47,466 nt of DNA from an uncultured Candidatus Saccharibacteria bacterium (GTDB lineage Bacteria > Patescibacteriota > Minisyncoccia > UBA6257 > 2-01-FULL-56-20), in assembly GCA_964568535.1 (NCBI GenBank), contig CAZMPQ010000002.1:1-47466 (forward strand). The letters run 5' to 3'. The translations under genes were made by a program, and so were the position numbers. Position 1 is the stretch's first letter; each line of letters opens with the position of its first letter. Positions 1 through 9,491 of this stretch are shown piece by piece. The notes beneath the pieces are model-generated. The model was not told the origin of the DNA. It was given only the letters and a program-made list of their open reading frames with translations, and made no database searches.

Positions 1-53
1 GTCCAGGTCTTCAACTTCACCGGGGGAGTATTGCGGGAGATACGGGCGCAGTA

Positions 54-83
54 TTGACGAACAGGGCTTGAATGACCTATTAT
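54..83 (+). promoter_or_regulatory. candidate sigma70-type promoter of rpsL (TTGACG-18nt-TATTAT)
   Basis: TTGACG at 54-59 and TATTAT at 78-83, about 35 nt upstream of the rpsL ATG. Confidence 0.45.
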
Positions 84-117
84 TTCCTCGCCCTCCCTTA
101 GGGGTGGTGCATTTTTT

Positions 118-534
118 ATGCCTACCGTACGGCAACTCATCAAGCACGGACGAAAGTCCATCAAGGCGAAATCAAAATCGCCGGCTTTGTCATACTATTT
201 CAACACGCTGAAGAATCGCCCAGTGGACTCGTCATCGCCCTTTAAGCGCGGCGTATGCCTGAAGGTCTTCACGACAACGCCGAAGAAGCCGAACTCCGCG
301 CTCCGCAAGGTGTGCCGTGTGCGGCTCACGAACGGCATGGAGGTCACCGCCTACATTCCCGGCGAGGGCCACAATTTGCAGGAACACTCGCTCGTCGTGA
401 TCCGCGGCGGCCGCGTGAAGGATTTGCCGGGCGTTCGCTATCACGTCGTGCGCGGCGTTCTGGACACGACCGGCGTGGAAGGGCGGAAGCAGCAGCGGTC
501 CAAATACGGCGCGAAGCGCGCCAAAACAAAATAG
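118..534 (+). CDS. rpsL: 30S ribosomal protein S12
   Basis: 138-aa [15 protein letters not shown]...[11 protein letters not shown]...; first gene of the canonical str operon order. Confidence 0.97.
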   Translation: MPTVRQLIKHGRKSIKAKSKSPALSYYFNTLKNRPVDSSSPFKRGVCLKVFTTTPKKPNSALRKVCRVRLTNGMEVTAYIPGEGHNLQEHSLVVIRGGRVKDLPGVRYHVVRGVLDTTGVEGRKQQRSKYGAKRAKTK

Positions 535-598
535 TATCACGTATCAGGTATTAAGTATCATGAAGAATACTTGACACCTGACACCTGACACCTGACAC
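534..598 (+). repeat. heptad-periodic inverted repeat, site A: (GTATCAN)x4 - loop - TTGACAC(CTGACAC)x3
   Basis: Left arm 534-561, right arm 571-598. The right arm ends directly at the rpsG ATG (599). Confidence 0.9.
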
Positions 599-1066
599 AT
601 GCGCAAGAAACAAGTTTTCAAAAAATACTACAAACCGGACGATGTCTACGGCCGCGTTGATGTATCGCGCCTCGTGAACTACATCATGCGTGACGGGAAA
701 AAGAGTGTTGCGCAGCGCGTGGTCGCGGATGCGTTCGCTCGCGTGAAAGCAGAAACAAAACAGGAACCGATGGAGGTATTTGAAAAAGCGATGGCGAACG
801 CGTCGCCGCTTCTTGAAGTCGCTTCCAAGCGCGTTGGCGGCGCGAACTATCAGGTGCCGCGCGAAGTGCGTCCGGAACGCCGGTTCGTGCTCGGACTTCG
901 CTGGATCATCGGCGCCGCGCGTTCCAAGAAGGGAAAACCGATGGCGATCAAACTTGCCGACGAGCTCATTGCCGCCGCAAAGAACGAAGGCGCGGCCATC
1001 AAGAAGAAGCAGGACACGCATCGTATGGCAGAAGCGAACCGGGCGTTCGCGCACTTCGTGAGATAA
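599..1066 (+). CDS. rpsG: 30S ribosomal protein S7
   Basis: 155-aa ORF with S7-like sequence (…[11 protein letters not shown]…) in str operon position. Confidence 0.96.
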   Translation: MRKKQVFKKYYKPDDVYGRVDVSRLVNYIMRDGKKSVAQRVVADAFARVKAETKQEPMEVFEKAMANASPLLEVASKRVGGANYQVPREVRPERRFVLGLRWIIGAARSKKGKPMAIKLADELIAAAKNEGAAIKKKQDTHRMAEANRAFAHFVR

Positions 1067-1070
1067 GGAT

Positions 1071-3176
1071 ATGGCTCGGCTTTATCCGATAGAAAAAATT
1101 CGCAACATCGGTATCATCGCGCACATTGATGCGGGAAAAACGACCGTTTCCGAACGGGTGCTCTTCTATACCGGCGTTTCGCACAAGATCGGCGAAGTGC
1201 ACACGGGGGACACGGTGATGGACTGGATGGAGCAAGAGCGTGAGCGCGGCATCACCATCACCTCCGCCGCGACGACGGCGTTCTGGATACCGACCTACGA
1301 CAAAGGCGCGAAGGCGCGCGAACATCGCATCAACCTCATCGACACACCAGGGCACATCGATTTCACCGTTGAGGTGAAGCGGTCGCTCCGCGTTCTGGAC
1401 GGCGCGGTCGTCGTTTTTGATGGCGTTGCCGGCGTTGAGCCGCAATCCGAGACGAACTGGCACTATGCAGACGAATATATGGTGCCGCGCATCTGCTTCA
1501 TCAACAAACTGGACCGCACCGGCGGCAACTTCCACAAGTCCCTTGCCTCAATTCACGAACGGCTCACGAAGCATGCTGTTCCGATCCAGCTTCCCATCGG
1601 CGCCGAGGCGAATTTCACGGGCATCATCGATCTACTCACCGAGAAGGCGTACGAATTCCAGGGCGAGCATGGCGAGAAGATAACGGAAATCCCCATTCCG
1701 GATGCGATGAAGGACGAGGTAAAGAAGTTCCGGCATGACCTTATTGAAAGGATCGCCGACACGGACGATGCCGTGATGCATAAATATCTGGAAGGCCAGG
1801 ATATCCCGCTTGCCGAACTGAAAGCCGCGCTTCGCAAAGCCGTCATCGCAAACAAGTTGGTTCCTGTTATGACAGGTTCCGCGCTGAAGAACAAAGGGGT
1901 GCAGCTGGTGCTGGATGCGGTGATAGATTATCTGCCCGCGCCGACGGACCTGCCGCCGGTGAAGGCCACAGACCCGAAGACGGGCGCTGATGCGCATCGC
2001 ACGGCATCGGACAGCGAGCCATTCACGGCACTCGCGTTCAAGATCGCGACGGACCCGTTCGTGGGAACGCTCACATTCTTCCGTGTCTACTCCGGCGTAT
2101 TGAAGAAGGGTTCATATATTTTGAACGCCTCAAAGAACGAACAGGAGCGCATCGGGCGCGTCCTGCGGATGCACGCGAACCAGCGCGAAGAGGTGGACGA
2201 GGTCTACGCCGGCGAGATCGCCGCGCTCGTGGGTTTGAAGAATACGACGACAGGGGACACGCTCACTGCGCCGGAGACACCGGTCATTTTGGAAAAGATC
2301 GTCTTCCCCGAGCCGGTCATTGGTATCCGCATTGAGCCGAAGACGAAGGCCGACCAGGAGAAGATGGGCGTTGCGTTGCATCGTCTTGCGGACGAAGACC
2401 CGACCTTCCGCGTGAAGGGAGACGAAGAGACGGGCGAGACCATCATTCAGGGCATGGGCGAGTTGCACTTGGAAATTATCGTGGACCGCATGAAGCGGGA
2501 GTTCAATGTTGAAGCGAACGTCGGCCGCCCGCAGGTGGCGTATAAGGAAACCATCACTGCTGAAGCTGAAGCCGAAGGGAAGTACATCAAACAGTCCGGC
2601 GGACGCGGCCAGTATGGCCATGTGCGATTGCGCGTTGCACCTCGCGAGCGCGGCACTGGGTTTGAATTCTTGGATGAGATAAAAGGAGGCGCTATCCCCA
2701 AAGAGTTCATCGCGCCGACCGAAAAAGGCGTGAAGGAGGCAATGGACAAGGGCGTTGTGGCGCACTATCCGATGGTGGACGTGGAAGTGACCCTCTACGA
2801 CGGTTCGTTCCACGAAGTGGACTCGTCAGAGGCCGCGTTCAAGATAGCCGGCTCTATGGCGTTCCAGGAGGCCGCGAAGCGCGCGAAGCCCGTCATTTTG
2901 GAACCGGTGATGAGCGTGCAGGTCCTGGTGCCGGACAATTTCATGGGCGAAGCGACGGGAGACCTGAACGCACGTCGTGGGAGAATTGAGGCGATGGGGG
3001 ACCGCGGCTCGGTGAAAGTTATTGATGCGAAAGTACCGCTCTCCGAAATGTTCGGCTACGCGACAGATATCCGCTCCATGTCACAGGGCCGCGGCTCGTT
3101 CACGATGGAATTCTTTGCGTATGAAGTTGCGCCGAAAAACATTGAAGCGGAGATCGTCGAGGGAAAGAGGAAATAG
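1071..3176 (+). CDS. fusA: elongation factor G
   Basis: 701 aa, GTPase motifs [18 protein letters not shown]; follows rpsG. Confidence 0.97.
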   Translation: MARLYPIEKIRNIGIIAHIDAGKTTVSERVLFYTGVSHKIGEVHTGDTVMDWMEQERERGITITSAATTAFWIPTYDKGAKAREHRINLIDTPGHIDFTVEVKRSLRVLDGAVVVFDGVAGVEPQSETNWHYADEYMVPRICFINKLDRTGGNFHKSLASIHERLTKHAVPIQLPIGAEANFTGIIDLLTEKAYEFQGEHGEKITEIPIPDAMKDEVKKFRHDLIERIADTDDAVMHKYLEGQDIPLAELKAALRKAVIANKLVPVMTGSALKNKGVQLVLDAVIDYLPAPTDLPPVKATDPKTGADAHRTASDSEPFTALAFKIATDPFVGTLTFFRVYSGVLKKGSYILNASKNEQERIGRVLRMHANQREEVDEVYAGEIAALVGLKNTTTGDTLTAPETPVILEKIVFPEPVIGIRIEPKTKADQEKMGVALHRLADEDPTFRVKGDEETGETIIQGMGELHLEIIVDRMKREFNVEANVGRPQVAYKETITAEAEAEGKYIKQSGGRGQYGHVRLRVAPRERGTGFEFLDEIKGGAIPKEFIAPTEKGVKEAMDKGVVAHYPMVDVEVTLYDGSFHEVDSSEAAFKIAGSMAFQEAAKRAKPVILEPVMSVQVLVPDNFMGEATGDLNARRGRIEAMGDRGSVKVIDAKVPLSEMFGYATDIRSMSQGRGSFTMEFFAYEVAPKNIEAEIVEGKRK

Positions 3177-3181
3177 TCGTA

Positions 3182-3211
3182 TTGACAGGGGAGAGCTCTT
3201 CCATCTATAAT
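3182..3211 (+). promoter_or_regulatory. candidate promoter of tuf (TTGACA-18nt-TATAAT)
   Basis: Consensus hexamers at 3182-3187 and 3206-3211. About 145-nt leader with inverted repeats (AGCTTTTG...CAAAAGCT). Confidence 0.6.
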
Positions 3212-3356
3212 CCACAGTTGCCGGCCGAGAAGCCGGTCGTTCTCGTGCTCATAAATAAATCATAAGGTCGCATCGGGTTTTAGCTCTTAGCTTTTGCGCT
3301 AAGTGGTCCACAAAAGCTACAAACCCAGAAGCTAATAGCTAAACAAAAATAACAAC

Positions 3357-4556
3357 ATGGCGGAAAAAGAAAAATTCAATCGGTCCAAGCCCCACGTGAA
3401 TGTGGGCACTATCGGTCACGTTGACCACGGCAAGACCACCTTGACCGCGGCCATCACGAACGTCCTCTTTAAGAAAGGTCTCGCGAAGAAAGCGGAAGGC
3501 GTTGATCAGATCGACAACGCGCCGGAAGAAAAAGCGCGTGGTATCACGATCGCCCTTCACCACTCGGAGTACGAGTCCGAAAAGCGGCACTATGCGCATA
3601 TCGATGCGCCGGGCCACGCGGACTACATCAAGAACATGATCACGGGTGCCGCCCAGATGGACGGCGCGATCCTCGTGGTTGCCGCAACGGACGGTCCGAT
3701 GCCGCAGACGCGGGAGCACGTGCTCCTCGCTCGCCAGGTCGGCGTGCCGGCATTGGTCGTGTTCCTCAACAAGTGCGATCAGGTGGACGACAAAGAGCTC
3801 ATCGACCTCGTGGAATCCGAGGTGCGCGAGTTGCTCACGAAGTATGAATTCCCCGGCGACAAGGTGCCGGTCATCCGCGGCTCGGCTTTGAAGGCCTTAA
3901 ACGCGCCGACGGCAGAACACGAGGATGCGAAGTGCATCGTTGACCTCGTGAAAGCGTTGGACGAGTTCGTTCCGGATCCGGTCCGCGAATTGGACAAGCC
4001 GTTCCTCATGCCGATCGAGGACATCTTCTCTATTGAAGGTCGCGGCACCGTCGTCACGGGACGCGCGGAGCGCGGCAAGGTGAAGGTAAACGAAGAAATT
4101 GAAATCGTCGGTTTGAAGCCGACGCAAAAGACGGTCGTCACGGGCATTGAAATGTTCAACAAGCTGCTTGATGAGGGCTTGGCCGGCGACAATGTCGGTA
4201 TCCTCCTCCGCGGCTTGAAGAAAGAAGATGTGGAACGCGGCCAGGTGGTCGCAAAGCCGGGGAGTATCACCCCGCACACGGACTTTGAGTGTGAGGTGTA
4301 TGTGCTTTCCAAAGAAGAAGGCGGACGGCACACCCCGTTCTTCAAGGGCTACAAGCCGCAGTTCTATATCCGTACGACGGATGTGACAGGCGAAGTGGTT
4401 CTGCCGGAAGGCACCGAGATGGTCATGCCGGGCGACACCGTGAAGCTCACGGCGAAGCTCATCGCTCCGGTTGCCATGGAAGAGAAAATGCGGTTCGCCA
4501 TCCGCGAAGGTGGTAAGACCGTCGGCGCCGGTGTCGTGACGAAGATCTTGAAGTAA
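3357..4556 (+). CDS. tuf: elongation factor Tu
   Basis: 399 aa, [18 protein letters not shown] motifs. Confidence 0.98.
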   Translation: MAEKEKFNRSKPHVNVGTIGHVDHGKTTLTAAITNVLFKKGLAKKAEGVDQIDNAPEEKARGITIALHHSEYESEKRHYAHIDAPGHADYIKNMITGAAQMDGAILVVAATDGPMPQTREHVLLARQVGVPALVVFLNKCDQVDDKELIDLVESEVRELLTKYEFPGDKVPVIRGSALKALNAPTAEHEDAKCIVDLVKALDEFVPDPVRELDKPFLMPIEDIFSIEGRGTVVTGRAERGKVKVNEEIEIVGLKPTQKTVVTGIEMFNKLLDEGLAGDNVGILLRGLKKEDVERGQVVAKPGSITPHTDFECEVYVLSKEEGGRHTPFFKGYKPQFYIRTTDVTGEVVLPEGTEMVMPGDTVKLTAKLIAPVAMEEKMRFAIREGGKTVGAGVVTKILK

Positions 4557-4563
4557 TCCGGTC

Positions 4564-4896
4564 ATGGCCACGAAGAAGAAGGACGATTTGCCGCAGAAGA
4601 TACGCTTGCGTATCAAAGCGTACGACCACAAGTTGATCGACAGTTCCGCCCGCCAGATCATCGAGACGGCGGAGCGGAGCGATGCGAAGCTCGTGGGCCC
4701 CATCCCGCTTCCGAGCGAGATAAAGCGCTACACGGTGAATCGTTCGACCTTCGTCCACAAGGACGCGCGCGAGCAGTTCGAGCTTCGCGTCCATAAGCGG
4801 CTTATCGACATCCTGAATCCGAACCCGAAGATCATCGAATCGCTTTCGAATCTGAATCTTCCGGCAGGGGTGGATGTTGAGATAAAGATCGTGTAA
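4564..4896 (+). CDS. rpsJ: 30S ribosomal protein S10
   Basis: 110 aa, [20 protein letters not shown]... typical S10. Confidence 0.96.
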   Translation: MATKKKDDLPQKIRLRIKAYDHKLIDSSARQIIETAERSDAKLVGPIPLPSEIKRYTVNRSTFVHKDAREQFELRVHKRLIDILNPNPKIIESLSNLNLPAGVDVEIKIV

Positions 4897-4938
4897 CCCA
4901 AAAGAAAAACCGCCGACGAGGCGGTTTTTCTTTTGGGG
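4897..4938 (+). terminator. intrinsic terminator after rpsJ (18-bp perfect palindrome with flanking A/T tracts)
   Basis: CCCAAAAGAAAAACCGCC gacga GGCGGTTTTTCTTTTGGG starts immediately after the stop codon. Confidence 0.8.
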
Positions 4939-4940
4939 AC

Positions 4941-5015
4941 ATTCGTATATTTGTCGCAATTCGTATGCTTGCCCGGCCGACATGAGTCATTCGGGCGGGT
5001 TCGGGATTACTCCTC
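4941..5015 (+). repeat. orphan copy of the ATTCGTAT...ATTCGGGATTACTC module (no start codon follows)
   Basis: ATTCGTAT at 4941 and 4959; TTCGGGATTACTCCTC at 5000-5015 resembles the ATG-proximal module at 10891-10920. Confidence 0.7.
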
Positions 5016-5040
5016 AAAAACGTCGCCCGCCGGGTCGCGT
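5016..5040 (+). repeat. direct repeat copy 1 (AAAAACGTCGCCCGCCGGGTCGCGT)
   Basis: Matches 5402-5425 apart from one G indel. The two copies flank the small antisense gene. Confidence 0.9.
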
Positions 5041-5074
5041 GAGCGAATCGGCGGGGTGCTTGGTCGGGCGGTCG

Positions 5075-5326
5075 TCAGCGTGAGCGCGTGATGCGCACGG
5101 TCGCGGCGATGACGCCCTTCCTCTTCTTGAGCTTCGTGAGGCGAACGAGGACTCCTCGTTGTCGCGGTGGTCGTCCATTGCGCGTCTTCTTGCGGGCCCG
5201 AATGTCCAAAGTGCCGTCGCCGTTCTCGAAGAGCCAGGCCATGAGGATCTTGAGGACCCCGTTGCTGCCGTAGTGCCTTCTGTCGGAAACGGTTCCCGTC
5301 ACGCGAGTCAACTCCAGGTTCGCCAT
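5075..5326 (-). CDS. hypothetical small basic protein (83 aa) inserted antisense between rpsJ and rplC
   Basis: Start MANLELTRV... has GGAGG 6 nt upstream and its own TTGACA-17-TATTTT promoter. Lys/Arg-rich C-terminus. No family recognised. Confidence 0.55.
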   Translation of the reverse strand: MANLELTRVTGTVSDRRHYGSNGVLKILMAWLFENGDGTLDIRARKKTRNGRPPRQRGVLVRLTKLKKRKGVIAATVRITRSR

Positions 5327-5370
5327 CGGTAACCTCCCCGCGTTCCCCACGAACGCAAAGCGCTGGGAGT

Positions 5371-5399
5371 AAAATACTTTCCCCGACGGACCCTGTCAA
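5371..5399 (-). promoter_or_regulatory. candidate promoter of the small antisense gene (TTGACA-17nt-TATTTT on minus strand)
   Basis: The reverse complement of 5394-5399 is TTGACA; the reverse complement of 5371-5376 is TATTTT. Confidence 0.6.
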
Positions 5400-5401
5400 T
5401 A

Positions 5402-5425
5402 AAAAACGTCGCCCGCCGGTCGCGT
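5402..5425 (+). repeat. direct repeat copy 2 (AAAAACGTCGCCCGCCGGTCGCGT)
   Basis: See 5016-5040. Abuts the -35 box of the rplC promoter. Confidence 0.9.
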
Positions 5426-5454
5426 TTGACACGAATAGGCCTTTGCCCTACAAT
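5426..5454 (+). promoter_or_regulatory. candidate promoter of the rplC-led operon (TTGACA-17nt-TACAAT)
   Basis: TTGACA 5426-5431, 17-nt spacer, TACAAT 5449-5454. Confidence 0.7.
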
Positions 5455-5516
5455 AGCGTGGTCTCTTTAATGGCCCCACTTTCTGGAGACAAATAGGGGG
5501 TTCACAAGGACAGCGG

Positions 5517-5546
5517 ATCGCCCGGCTGTGCTTGGGCGGTTTTTTT
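5517..5546 (+). terminator. leader hairpin plus T7 tract (attenuator-like) just upstream of rplC
   Basis: Stem 5517-5525 / 5532-5540 (core CGCCC/GGGCG plus G-U pairs), then TTTTTTT 5540-5546. Confidence 0.5.
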
Positions 5547-5554
5547 ATGGAGAT

Positions 5555-6088
5555 ATGATGATACTCGGCAAAAAGCTGAATATGACGCAGATCTGGAAGG
5601 AAGAAACGGTGATCCCGGTCACCGTGATTTCCGTTCCGCCGAACACCGTCTCGCTCGTGCGAACGAAAGCAAAGGACGGCTACGACGCGGTCCAATTACA
5701 GCTCGGCCGGACAAAGCGGGAGGCGCGCGATATGGGCGATGTGAAGAAAGGAGACACGGTCGGCGTCGGCCTCTTTGCGGAAGGCGATATCGTGAAGGTT
5801 GCTGGCCTCACGAAAGGCCGCGGTTTTCAGGGAACGGTGAAGCGGCATGGCTTCGGCGGCGGGCCGAAAACGCACGGCCAGAAGAATCGTTTCCGAGCGC
5901 CAGGCTCCATTGGGAATACGTCGCCGCAGCGCGTCGTGCCGGGCCGCCGGATGGCCGGCCACATGGGTACCGAGCGCGTAACGATACAGAATTTGAAAGT
6001 GGTCGCCGTTGACACCGAGAAGAATCTTCTGATGCTCCGCGGCGCTATTCCCGGTTTTCGCACAAGTCTTGTGGAAATCAGCAAGTAA
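5555..6088 (+). CDS. rplC: 50S ribosomal protein L3
   Basis: MMILGKKLNMTQIW... L3 N-terminus. Start moved to the ATG at 5555 (5558 also possible); the upstream part of the tracked ORF lies in the leader hairpin. Confidence 0.93.
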   Translation: MMILGKKLNMTQIWKEETVIPVTVISVPPNTVSLVRTKAKDGYDAVQLQLGRTKREARDMGDVKKGDTVGVGLFAEGDIVKVAGLTKGRGFQGTVKRHGFGGGPKTHGQKNRFRAPGSIGNTSPQRVVPGRRMAGHMGTERVTIQNLKVVAVDTEKNLLMLRGAIPGFRTSLVEISK

Positions 6089-6092
6089 GACG

Positions 6093-6743
6093 ATGAAAGC
6101 AGATCTCTACAACATGCAGAACGAGAAAGTGGGCACGGTGGAACTTCCCGAGGCCGTGTTCGGCGCGCCGTGGAAGCCGGAGCTCGTGAAGCAGATGGTC
6201 ACCGCGTTCCTCGCGAATAAGCGCCGCCCGTGGGCGCACGCGAAAACGCGCGCAGAAGTGCGCGGCGGCGGCAGGAAGCCATGGCGCCAGAAGGGGACCG
6301 GCCGCGCGCGGCACGGCTCCACCCGCTCGCCGATCTGGGTCGGCGGAGGGAAAGCACACGGACCGCTCAAGGAACGCGATTATAGTCAAAAAGTAAACAC
6401 AAAGATGCGCCGCGCCGCGCTCTTTTCGCTGCTGTCCCGGAAACTCCACGAGGGCGAGCTGCGCATCGTGCAAAATCTCACCGCATCCGAGCCGAAAACG
6501 AAAGCCGTGGCGAAACCGCTCGCAACACTCGTAGGAGCATCGGCGCGCACAAAACAGCTGAACGTCTTGCTTGTGCCGGGAACGGAAGAAAAGAATCTCT
6601 ATCGCGCGGCGCGGAACATCCCGAAGACCTTGGTTGCGGACGCTCGCTCGCTCAATGTGTATGACGTCTTGAACCACAAGCACGTGCTGGTTGACGAGAG
6701 CGCCATTCCGGTCGTCGCACAGCATTATGCGGTAAAGAAATAA
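6093..6743 (+). CDS. rplD: 50S ribosomal protein L4
   Basis: MKADLYNMQNEKVG...; start chosen 5 nt after the rplC stop. Confidence 0.93.
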   Translation: MKADLYNMQNEKVGTVELPEAVFGAPWKPELVKQMVTAFLANKRRPWAHAKTRAEVRGGGRKPWRQKGTGRARHGSTRSPIWVGGGKAHGPLKERDYSQKVNTKMRRAALFSLLSRKLHEGELRIVQNLTASEPKTKAVAKPLATLVGASARTKQLNVLLVPGTEEKNLYRAARNIPKTLVADARSLNVYDVLNHKHVLVDESAIPVVAQHYAVKK

Positions 6744-6744
6744 C

Positions 6745-7023
6745 ATGGCGAACATTTTTATCATCAAGGAACCGCACATCGCCGAAAAAGCGACCGTCTT
6801 AAGCGAGTCGGGAAAATATGTTTTTCTTGTCGCACCCTCGGCGACGAAGCGGGAAGTGAAGAAGGCGGTCAAGGAGCTGTATCGCGTGGACGCGACAGCG
6901 GTGAATATGGTGAACTTGCCCGGGAAGACCCGCCGCTATCGTGGCGTGAAGGGCAAACGACCCGGCGTGAAGAAGGCAGTCGTAACGCTCAAGGAAGGGC
7001 AGAAGATAGACATCGGACGCTAA
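6745..7023 (+). CDS. rplW: 50S ribosomal protein L23
   Basis: 92 aa, in the conserved S10-operon position. Confidence 0.93.
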   Translation: MANIFIIKEPHIAEKATVLSESGKYVFLVAPSATKREVKKAVKELYRVDATAVNMVNLPGKTRRYRGVKGKRPGVKKAVVTLKEGQKIDIGR

Positions 7024-7024
7024 T

Positions 7025-7852
7025 ATGAAATCCTACTCTCCTACATCTCCATCGCGCCGCCAGATGACATCGACCGATTACGGCGTGCTTTCGGGCGACC
7101 GGCCGGAGCGGAAGCTCATGAAGCGCCTAAAGACCCGTTCGGGGAGGAATTCGCAGGGCCGTATCACGACGCGCCACCAGGGCGGCGGCAACCGGAAGCT
7201 CTACCGCCTCGTTGATTTCCGGCAGGAGAAATTGAACCAGCCTGCACGGGTGGAAACGATGGAATATGATCCGTATCGCACGGCGTTCATCGCGAAGGTG
7301 GTATATAAGGATGGCGAGCGCCGATATATTCTTGCGCCGCACGGCCTTGCGGTCGGCGCGAGCATTGTGGCGGCAGACGGCGCGCCGCTCACGGTAGGGA
7401 ACCGGATGAAGCTCCAGCACATCCCGGTGGGCACGCAGGTGCACAATATAGAAATGCATCCGATGGGCGGCGGCAAACTGGCGCGTTCGGCGGGTTCGTA
7501 CGCCGAAGTACTGGCGTCGGCCGACGGATACACCGACCTGAAATTGAACTCCGGCGAGGTGCGCAAGGTGCTTTCCTCATGTTTTGCTTCCATCGGCCAG
7601 GTATCGAATCCCGAATGGAATCTTGTGAACTTTGGCAAGGCCGGCCGTTCCCGTTGGCTCGGTATCCGGCCGACGGTGCGCGGTTCCGTCATGAACCCAG
7701 TTGACCATCCGTACGGCGGCGGCGAGGGTCGTCAGCCACGGGGCACCCGGAAACCGAAGAGCTATACCGGCAAGGTCACGGGCGGGCGGAAGACGCGGAA
7801 TCGCCGCAAGTGGTCCAACAAGCTTATCGTGAAGCGCAGGAAACAGAAATAA
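7025..7852 (+). CDS. rplB: 50S ribosomal protein L2
   Basis: 275 aa, ...[14 protein letters not shown]... L2 signature. Confidence 0.97.
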   Translation: MKSYSPTSPSRRQMTSTDYGVLSGDRPERKLMKRLKTRSGRNSQGRITTRHQGGGNRKLYRLVDFRQEKLNQPARVETMEYDPYRTAFIAKVVYKDGERRYILAPHGLAVGASIVAADGAPLTVGNRMKLQHIPVGTQVHNIEMHPMGGGKLARSAGSYAEVLASADGYTDLKLNSGEVRKVLSSCFASIGQVSNPEWNLVNFGKAGRSRWLGIRPTVRGSVMNPVDHPYGGGEGRQPRGTRKPKSYTGKVTGGRKTRNRRKWSNKLIVKRRKQK

Positions 7853-7856
7853 TCAC

Positions 7857-8195
7857 ATGTCACGTTCGATAAAAAAAGGTCCGTATGTGGACCAGAATAT
7901 CCTGAAGAAGATTGCGAAGGCGAAACCGGAGCAAGCGGGCGTCTTAAAAACATGGGCGCGTGCATCAGAGATCTCGCCGGAGATGGTAGGATATACGTTC
8001 GCGGTGCACACGGGGCGCGACTTTGTGCAGGTCAAGGTGAGCGAGGAGATGGTGGGGCATCGCCTCGGGGAATTCGCGCCGACGCGGAAATTCACGAAAC
8101 ACGGCGGCAAACTGACCAAGGAACTTGAACAGAAAGCAGCCACAGCGGAAGCTGCGGCAAAAGCGGCGGCAAAACCAGCTCCGGCAAGCAAATAA
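7857..8195 (+). CDS. rpsS: 30S ribosomal protein S19 with Ala/Lys-rich C-terminal tail
   Basis: [12 protein letters not shown]...HTGR...; about 20 extra C-terminal residues ([22 protein letters not shown]). Confidence 0.95.
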   Translation: MSRSIKKGPYVDQNILKKIAKAKPEQAGVLKTWARASEISPEMVGYTFAVHTGRDFVQVKVSEEMVGHRLGEFAPTRKFTKHGGKLTKELEQKAATAEAAAKAAAKPAPASK

Positions 8196-8198
8196 GCC

Positions 8199-8711
8199 AT
8201 GAACAAGGAACAGAGCGTACAATTGAACTATCTGCGCGTGGCGCCCCGGAAGGTGCGCGCGGTCGCGGCATTGATCCGCGGCTCATCCGTGAATGAAGCA
8301 GAGGCGCAGCTCATCTACGAGCGTCGCCGGCCGGCGAAGGCGCTCTTGAAGCTCTTGCGCTCCGCGGTCGCCGCCGCAAAGAACACGAAGAAGCTGGATC
8401 CCGAGAAGCTCGTCGTTACGCGTATCATGGTGGACCAGGGGCCGATGCTCCGCCGGTCGCTTCCGCGCGCACGCGGCGTCGCATCCGCTATCCAGAAAAA
8501 GATGAGCCACGTGACGCTCACACTGGCCGAACAGGACGCTGTTGCAAAGCCGCGGTTCGCCATCGTCGTAAAGAAGAAGGTCAAGAAGCAGGAAGGTGAA
8601 GGCCGTGCGCAGAAAAGGAAAACGACGCCGGACGCGGAGGCCGAGCGCACGAAGCCGACCGAGTCAAAGCCCGGATTCTTCAAGCGTGTCTTCCGCAGAA
8701 AGAGCGTCTAA
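8199..8711 (+). CDS. rplV: 50S ribosomal protein L22 with Lys-rich C-terminal extension
   Basis: 170 aa. L22 core followed by an approximately 50-aa basic tail. Confidence 0.92.
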   Translation: MNKEQSVQLNYLRVAPRKVRAVAALIRGSSVNEAEAQLIYERRRPAKALLKLLRSAVAAAKNTKKLDPEKLVVTRIMVDQGPMLRRSLPRARGVASAIQKKMSHVTLTLAEQDAVAKPRFAIVVKKKVKKQEGEGRAQKRKTTPDAEAERTKPTESKPGFFKRVFRRKSV

Positions 8712-8715
8712 GTTC

Positions 8716-8743
8716 TTGACACTTGATACCTGACACCTGATAC
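8716..8743 (+). repeat. heptad repeat site B: TTGACAC TTGATAC CTGACAC CTGATAC
   Basis: Four tandem heptamers ending 10 nt before the rpsC ATG. Confidence 0.9.
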
Positions 8744-8753
8744 ATACAAAACT

Positions 8754-9482
8754 ATGGGACAGAAAATAAATCCAATCTCGCTCCGCATCGGCATCGTGAA
8801 ACCGTGGGTCAGCCGATGGTACTTCGCGTCCAAAGGCAAAGCGGGCCTTGGCGGGAAATATCCATACGCCAAATTTCTGGAAGAGGATGAGGTGATCCGC
8901 ACGGTCGTCATGAAGCGTATCGGCCAGGCCGGTGTCGCGGGCATCGATATTGAACGCACGTCGAACCACTTGAAAGTGCTCATTAAAGCCGCGCGCCCGG
9001 GCTACATCATCGGTCAGGGAGGAAAAGGTATTGAGGAACTAACGAAGGCGGTCGAGCGGGCGCTCAAAGCCGTTCGCGGACTGAAAGCGAAGGGGCCGCA
9101 TCTCTCGGTGAACGTAGAAGAGCTGAAACGCTCTGAGGTGTCGGCAACCTACACGGCCCAACAGATCGCATGGGACATCGAAAAACGCATGCGCTTCCGC
9201 AGGACAATGAAGAAGTATCTGGAGCAGCTCATGCAGAATCGCGACGTAAAGGGAGCGAAGATCATGATGTCCGGGCGCTTGGATGGGAATGAGATCGCGC
9301 GGAACGAGGTGATGAAGCAAGGGCCGCTCCCGCTCCAAACGCTCCGCGCGGATATCGACTACGGCCGCGCGACGGCATTCACGACCTACGGCACGGTCGG
9401 TATCGAGGTGTGGGTGTACAAAGGTGAAGTGTTCGCGAAGAGGGCGAAGACCGAGGAACGGAACGGCCGCCGGACCGCATAA
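8754..9482 (+). CDS. rpsC: 30S ribosomal protein S3
   Basis: MGQKINPISLRIG... S3 N-terminus; 242 aa. Confidence 0.96.
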   Translation: MGQKINPISLRIGIVKPWVSRWYFASKGKAGLGGKYPYAKFLEEDEVIRTVVMKRIGQAGVAGIDIERTSNHLKVLIKAARPGYIIGQGGKGIEELTKAVERALKAVRGLKAKGPHLSVNVEELKRSEVSATYTAQQIAWDIEKRMRFRRTMKKYLEQLMQNRDVKGAKIMMSGRLDGNEIARNEVMKQGPLPLQTLRADIDYGRATAFTTYGTVGIEVWVYKGEVFAKRAKTEERNGRRTA

Positions 9483-9491
9483 CGAACGACC

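Noticed and set aside
1-57. A possible 3' end of an upstream CDS (frame 1 open to the TGA at 55-57)
   Set aside because: Only 18 codons are visible and there is no recognisable motif, so the call cannot be supported.
534-598. Heptamer arrays as a CRISPR array
   Set aside because: The units are 7 nt long and directly tandem, with no spacers, and the arrays are under 90 nt. There are no cas genes in the window.
5007-5432. The 141-aa minus-strand ORF in the rpsJ-rplC spacer
   Set aside because: It is a low-complexity Arg/Gly/Pro-rich translation with no ribosome-binding site. The alternative 83-aa frame has a GGAGG site and a promoter at the correct distance.
6078-6872. Long antisense ORFs opposite well-supported genes, e.g. 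6078-6872(-), 3897-4703(-), 9039-10007(-), 30927-32291(-), 40218-41567(-), 44993-46102(-), 22706-23497(+), 23651-24343(+)
   Set aside because: These are shadow ORFs typical of GC-rich DNA. Their translations are Arg/Ala/Pro-rich with no motifs, and each fully overlaps a gene with a clear conserved product.
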